64,000 bases of DNA from a virus. The notes under the pieces are model-generated. The model saw only the letters and a program-made list of their open reading frames with translations. It did no database searches and was not told where the DNA came from. The position numbers and the translations under genes were made by a program. Every line of letters begins with the position of its first letter. The first letter of the stretch is position 1. The DNA lies in the IMG/VR virus record IMGVR_UViG_3300020477_001475, positions 44,475-108,474 of that record. One strand, given 5' to 3'. Positions 59,391-64,000 of this stretch are shown one piece after another.

Positions 59391-59795
59391 CTATCCGTTG
59401 AATACTTTTTTCTTTTCTCCATGATATTCGTAAGCATGACCATTCTCTTTAAGTAACTCATTTACTGACTTTTCGTGACCTTTTACAAATAATTCACCTA
59501 ATACTCTACCATATTTACCAGTTCCATGTGATATGATTGAGAACTTACCTTCATCTGAATTTTCAAGTAAATCTTTTGTGAATGCTTTAGCGGCTAAACC
59601 TTTTACTTTTTCTTCTTTGTTTCGTGTTCTTGATTCCCAAGTATCAACTCCCATAAATCTGATTCTTTTCTTAACCCAAGTATTAAAACCTAAGTCAATC
59701 ATAGCATCACAAGTATCACCATCAACTACTCTATCTAACTTACAGCTATATCCATGTTTTTTAACTTGTTTTCCCATTATCTTTCTCCCCATCAT
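59391..59795 (-). CDS. Staphylococcal nuclease (thermonuclease) homolog
   Basis: RVVDGDT, RIRFMGVDTWE, GKYGRVLG. Confidence 0.88.
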   Translation of the reverse strand: MMGRKIMGKQVKKHGYSCKLDRVVDGDTCDAMIDLGFNTWVKKRIRFMGVDTWESRTRNKEEKVKGLAAKAFTKDLLENSDEGKFSIISHGTGKYGRVLGELFVKGHEKSVNELLKENGHAYEYHGEKKKVFNG

Positions 59796-59949
59796 CTTTT
59801 ATATCAGCTGTAAAGTATGAATTTATTTTTTTAACTGGAAGTTTTCCTAATTTATCAAATACAATATTTCCATCTTCATCTGTGACATAATCACTTGGTT
59901 TAGTTCCAGCTAATCCATACTTGTCCTGTAATTCCATTCCTATATTCAT
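59761..59949 (-). CDS. Hypothetical protein
   Basis: ATGA-coupled to the upstream gene. Confidence 0.45.
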   Translation of the reverse strand: MNIGMELQDKYGLAGTKPSDYVTDEDGNIVFDKLGKLPVKKINSYFTADIKDDGEKDNGKTS

Positions 59950-61448
59950 TCAGTACTCTCCCAATTATAATTCAATACGTCTAATCTATTTCTAACATCT
60001 AATTGTGGAAAGTTTTCTTCCAACCATTCAACTGATTCAGTGAATGTCGTTCCAAGTATCTGACCTACAACTTGTATTATATCTAAAATATTTAAAATAC
60101 CATCATTGTTTATATCACTAACTAAAAATTGTAAATCAGTTGGTTGGTTTACATTCAACACAAAATTAACTATTTGAACCACATCAACTATATTAATCTC
60201 TCCATCAAAGTTAACATCACCATATAGAATTGATTGAACATCTATACAATCAGGTGTATTACTTTCTATTTCATCACCATTTGTATCTGATATAACTATA
60301 TCTGATGCACAAACTTCAACATCTTCATAAGTCGGTGTAAAATTAATTATCGTTAATGTACCACTACCCGCAGGAATCACACTACCATCAAATGAAAATC
60401 CTAATACAACACCTTGTTCACTTGTAGATACCGTAAAATCATAATTTTCAGCTTCACCACCGCTAGCACCCAACACATCAATTAAATCAGGGGTATCTGT
60501 TAGAGTGAATTGAAATCCCGCAACATCAATATTTGATTCATAATTCACCAATAAATAATCAGTTCCTGGATATTCAAATGTTAAATTTATATAATCACTT
60601 TCTTCTTCTTCAGGTTCACCAATGTAACCAAAAAACCAATCAAGTCTAGACCAGACTTTTGAGTATACTCCCGGATACCCAGCATCAGCTCAACCATATC
60701 CCCAACTGACTATACCGATAAGTTCATATTCACCATCTGAATTAGTCATAATAAGTGGTCCACCACTATCTCCTTGACAAGAATCTTCACCACCATTGTT
60801 ATCACCTGCACATATCATATTATTTGTTATTTCATTACTAATGTAACCACAATCATCATCAATAGGTACATCCACTTCTAATAATACATCAGAACCCCAG
60901 CCACCAGAATAGGTTGCACCCCAACCCATAACTGTTGATATAATTGGTTCTTCATGATGTGATTCATCTGTAACTAATTGTATAGGTTCAAATGTAGTAA
61001 CTGGTTGTGTTAAATGTAATAGAGCATAATCATTATCCAATGACCAACCACTATAATTTGGATGAACTATAATTTGGTCTACATTTCTTGTAACAGCACC
61101 ACTTGTTCCATTCACATTATGCAATCCAACCTTTACTTGTAATCCACCAGGAGATTCTCCTTCTACACAATGTGCGGCTGTTACAACCCAATCTTCTCTA
61201 ACAAGTGAACCACCACAAAAGTGCCCCCAACCATTTCCTTGTAATGAAACCATAAATGGATATTTACAATCCGGACATTCAGGATCAACTTCCTCTCCCC
61301 CAACTATAAATGGTTCTGGCAAATCACCATGATTAGGCATTTCATTTTGAGTTGAATATGTTTCTAAATAACTATTTGTTATCGGGATTGAATTATCACT
61401 CTGGCACCCTAAAACCATTAATAACATTATCAAAAATAATTTCTTCAT
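59946..61448 (-). CDS. Lipoprotein trypsin-like serine protease with cohesin-like and dockerin domains, 500 aa if the in-frame UGA (60690-60692) is read as selenocysteine
   Basis: Lipobox LVLGC; IVGG, TAAHC, DYALL, DSCQGDSGGP, SWGYG-UGA-ADAGYPGVY continuing without a stop into the 59946-60551 ORF. Confidence 0.8.
60642..60689 (-). promoter_or_regulatory. Candidate bacterial SECIS element(s) directly 3' of the UGA
   Basis: Hairpins TGGGTAT-CCGGGAGT-ATACTCA (60660-60681) and AAGTCT-GGTCT-AGACTT (60642-60658). Confidence 0.55.
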
Positions 61449-61639
61449 CGTTTTTTCCTTTTTGGTTTTAATTTAGTTTGTTTATTTATAAAATTATACA
61501 TTGCTTCATTAATAAAATACTGTAATCTAAATTCTGTAAGTTTATCCCAATCCATCACGGCACACAAAGTTTCTTCAAATATCTTATCATATTCAATTGA
61601 TAATTTATTACCCTTTTCTTCGACTATTTCAAACTTCAT
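61445..61639 (-). CDS. Hypothetical protein
   Basis: ATGA-coupled to the protease gene. Confidence 0.5.
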   Translation of the reverse strand: MKFEIVEEKGNKLSIEYDKIFEETLCAVMDWDKLTEFRLQYFINEAMYNFINKQTKLKPKRKKR

Positions 61640-61647
61640 ATCAATTA

Positions 61648-61854
61648 TTAATCATCACTACCCATCATCATAGTTTCAAGTGATCCAGTTTCTATATTCA
61701 TATACAATCGTTTACCATTTTTATTCTTACGTTCTAACCCATAATTTAATGCTCTACCAAACCTCATTACAATATTTTCAATAACCCAATCTTTATTATT
61801 TATAGTTATAATATCACCTTTATCATATTTTGTTTCCATATCTAGATTATTCAT
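61648..61854 (-). CDS. Hypothetical protein
   Basis: 68-aa ORF in operon. Confidence 0.5.
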   Translation of the reverse strand: MNNLDMETKYDKGDIITINNKDWVIENIVMRFGRALNYGLERKNKNGKRLYMNIETGSLETMMMGSDD

Positions 61855-61860
61855 AACATA

Positions 61861-62001
61861 TTATTTACCTTGACCTCTATTTTTTTTCCTATAATATTTA
61901 CTTTGTGTAGAACCATTTGGTCCACCACCTTTTCTACCATATTTAGTATTATTACTAGCACCTTGTCTAGTCTTCTTTGGTCTTTTACCATGTTTTTGCA
62001 T
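61861..62001 (-). CDS. Small basic protein ending in RGQGK (46 aa, not in the ORF track)
   Basis: MQKHGKRPKKTRQG...KKNRGQGK; KTxQG..RGQG is a recurrent small phage protein pattern. Confidence 0.65.
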   Translation of the reverse strand: MQKHGKRPKKTRQGASNNTKYGRKGGGPNGSTQSKYYRKKNRGQGK

Positions 62002-62016
62002 AACTTTAATTTACCT

Positions 62017-62442
62017 TTATTTTATTCCAGTACTTCCAAACCCATTTTCTCCTCTATGAGTATTGTGTAATTCTTTGACATCCTCAACTTCAAAACTAAC
62101 AACTTGTGTTGGAATTAATTGTGCTATTTTATCACCTTGTTCTATTTTAATTGATGTAGCACTAACATTATGAAATAAAACTTTTATTTTACCTGTATAA
62201 CCTGCATCTATCACACCTGCATGTGTAAACAACCCTTTAACTGCCATAGAACTTCTATCCTTAATAATCCAACCCCATCTACCATTAGAACATTTTACAG
62301 AAATACCAGTTGAAATTAATTTATATTCACCAGATGGTATCCATTTATCTTCGTCTGCAAATATATCATATCCCAAATCACCTTGATGTGCTCTAACAGG
62401 TAATTTCGCAGTTTTCGAATGCCTTTTTACATTTAATTCCAT
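62017..62442 (-). CDS. dut: dUTPase (trimeric)
   Basis: GYDI, DRSS, AGVIDAGYTG, IAQL, RGENGFGSTG. Confidence 0.93.
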   Translation of the reverse strand: MELNVKRHSKTAKLPVRAHQGDLGYDIFADEDKWIPSGEYKLISTGISVKCSNGRWGWIIKDRSSMAVKGLFTHAGVIDAGYTGKIKVLFHNVSATSIKIEQGDKIAQLIPTQVVSFEVEDVKELHNTHRGENGFGSTGIK

Positions 62443-62459
62443 TAATCTCCCGAAAATTT

Positions 62460-62868
62460 AAATTAATGTGTAGTTAGGGAATACAATAACACCCATCTCT
62501 ACTTTTTTTGTATGTTGCTACACATTATAATAATGTCACCAATCCGTTGGTCCTTTCGGTGGTCTATTGGGATTTGATGACTCTTTTTCTATTCATAAGT
62601 TTGAAGTGCTGTAAGACCAAATATTACCGTTTATTTTAACTCGTCAAATGTACACGAACAATTCGTTCATTATACCTCCTTGATTTAGTTTAAGTCGATA
62701 CCCCTATAATACTTTCAATCTCAACTCAATCAAATTCAAACCTTTCGGTAACCCCATTGATATTTTGTATCTTGATTACTACTCATATTATAGAGTATTG
62801 TATCAACCCTTTTGATTACGCTATTGCGTTCTTTTATCATTAAGTGATAAGTGCTGTAGGGTTAAATA
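62460..62868 (-). ncRNA. Candidate large structured non-coding RNA
   Basis: ~470-nt gap with no ORF >=60 aa in a gene-dense genome; many hairpins, two ACC-GAAA-GG tetraloops, duplicated TACAGCACTT, 10-bp stem TAATGTGTAG/CTACACATTA. Confidence 0.55.
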
Positions 62869-62913
62869 TGTATATAAATATATATAATATTATCTATACA
62901 AAACAACGTTTTT

Positions 62914-63147
62914 TTATACTATTTCCATTTTAGTGAAATCAGTTTCTTCAAATGATTGATAATAATCATCATCACTTTCAAAATCTAAAAGATCATTTGA
63001 ATTTTTTATATCAATACACAAATCTTCCAAATGTTCTGACATATCATCACTTGTAAGATTTCCATTTTCATATTCAGCCCTTATGGCTTCTATTTGTTGT
63101 ACTATTTCTACAATTGTCATATTAAATACTCCTTTTCTTAATGACAT
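62914..63147 (-). CDS. Acidic hypothetical protein
   Basis: AGGAG SD before the internal MTIVEI. Confidence 0.5.
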   Translation of the reverse strand: MSLRKGVFNMTIVEIVQQIEAIRAEYENGNLTSDDMSEHLEDLCIDIKNSNDLLDFESDDDYYQSFEETDFTKMEIV

Positions 63148-63183
63148 ACGTTAAAACATTTTAACAATATAAGTCAAGCTTTT
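63148..63183 (-). promoter_or_regulatory. Conserved sigma70-like phage promoter
   Basis: AAAGCTTGACTTATATTGTTAAAATGTTTTAACGT. Confidence 0.5.
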
Positions 63184-63308
63184 TCTTTAAATTTTTTATT
63201 GATATAAAATAACCTATTGTGATAAAAATGCCACTTGCAACCAATACAAATAACAAATAAGTAAAAAACATAAACATATATGGTAACATAAATATAATAT
63301 CCATAATT

Positions 63309-63539
63309 TTATTCAAAAAATTCATCCCATCTTAATAATGTCCAAGTTGTAAATATACCCATAAAACCTGATAATGAAAATACTAATCCACTAAATGTTG
63401 TTATTATATTATACAAACATATAATAGTTGTCATCCACAATAATGTTTTTATCATTAATGATTTATTCATATTAAACTCCTTAAAATATACATATAACCT
63501 TGAATGACCCAGTACAGAACTATCCAAGCTATAATCCAT
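63309..63539 (-). CDS. Small membrane protein
   Basis: AAGGAG SD before the internal MNKSL; two hydrophobic helices. Confidence 0.45.
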   Translation of the reverse strand: MDYSLDSSVLGHSRLYVYFKEFNMNKSLMIKTLLWMTTIICLYNIITTFSGLVFSLSGFMGIFTTWTLLRWDEFFE

Positions 63540-63560
63540 TGGAATAATATATCTGTCATT

Positions 63561-63764
63561 TTACCTATCTTCATTAGGTGGCCATCCTATAATATCTACT
63601 TCATGTGTTAAACAATGTTGTATATTACCATTTTCCAATTCTACTGTAAAGGTAGTTGGGAATTGTGTAATTTCCTTTAGTATACACATTTTACTTGATT
63701 TTTTTATAATCATCTCAGTACCAATTGGAACATCATTCATCGTGTGATATATATTTTTTTTCAT
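63561..63764 (-). CDS. Hypothetical protein
   Basis: 67-aa ORF with AGGA SD. Confidence 0.5.
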   Translation of the reverse strand: MKKNIYHTMNDVPIGTEMIIKKSSKMCILKEITQFPTTFTVELENGNIQHCLTHEVDIIGWPPNEDR

Positions 63765-63880
63765 TTCCTATTTTGTCTATCTTCATACCAAGCTCCAAAC
63801 TTGGCTATTAAGTAGAATCCTAAAATCGTTCCACCTATTGATAATAATGTTTTTATTAAGTCATCCATTTTTATTTCTCC

Positions 63881-64000
63881 TTACTTAAATTTCTTAATAT
63901 CATTGATTTAACCTCTCCCCAATCAAAGCAATTTTCTGTTGATGATACCTCTATTTCATCACCAGCTTTCCACTTTAATTCTTTTAACAATTCTTTTGGT
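63881..64000 (-). CDS. Partial AbrB/MazE-like small protein (5' end outside the window)
   Basis: PKELLKELKWKAGDEIEV... Confidence 0.4.

Noticed and set aside
62521-62670. 50-codon ORF with three in-frame TGAs after MNELFVYI (multi-Sec protein?)
   Set aside because: No Cys-homolog or redox motif context is recognisable, and the region is better explained by RNA structure.
62460-62868. Tandem glycine riboswitch, RNase P RNA or group I intron
   Set aside because: Lacks the GGAGA/CUCUCAGG, GAGGAAAGUCC and P7 core signatures respectively.

Overview
Strongly AT-rich 64-kb segment of a large T4-like dsDNA phage, with essentially all real genes on the minus strand. It carries a T4-type replisome (family B DNA polymerase, sliding clamp, two clamp-loader subunits), a ~24-kb sugar-biosynthesis/glycosyltransferase island, tandem Mom-like DNA-modification genes, and metabolic genes (CysK, GS type II, anticodon-less Asp/AsnRS-like protein, dUTPase, FKBP). 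Two clusters encode Cys/Asp-rich proteins with dockerin, cohesin-like, lamin-tail and somatomedin-B domains, including a >=2568-aa ORF missing from the ORF track because it runs off the window. Highlights: (1) a lipoprotein trypsin-cohesin-dockerin gene split in the ORF track by an in-frame UGA exactly at the conserved Cys220 position, followed by SECIS-like hairpins, i.e. a candidate phage selenoprotein; (2) a possible phage cohesin-dockerin system; (3) a 148-nt tRNA-like RNA with a 66-nt structured variable-arm insertion holding an SD-AUG-GUU-UAA minigene, near the aaRS-like gene; (4) a ~410-nt structured intergenic RNA candidate with duplicated motifs. The domain style suggests a marine host such as Marinimicrobia (inference only). 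All family assignments come from motif recognition by eye, not database searches.
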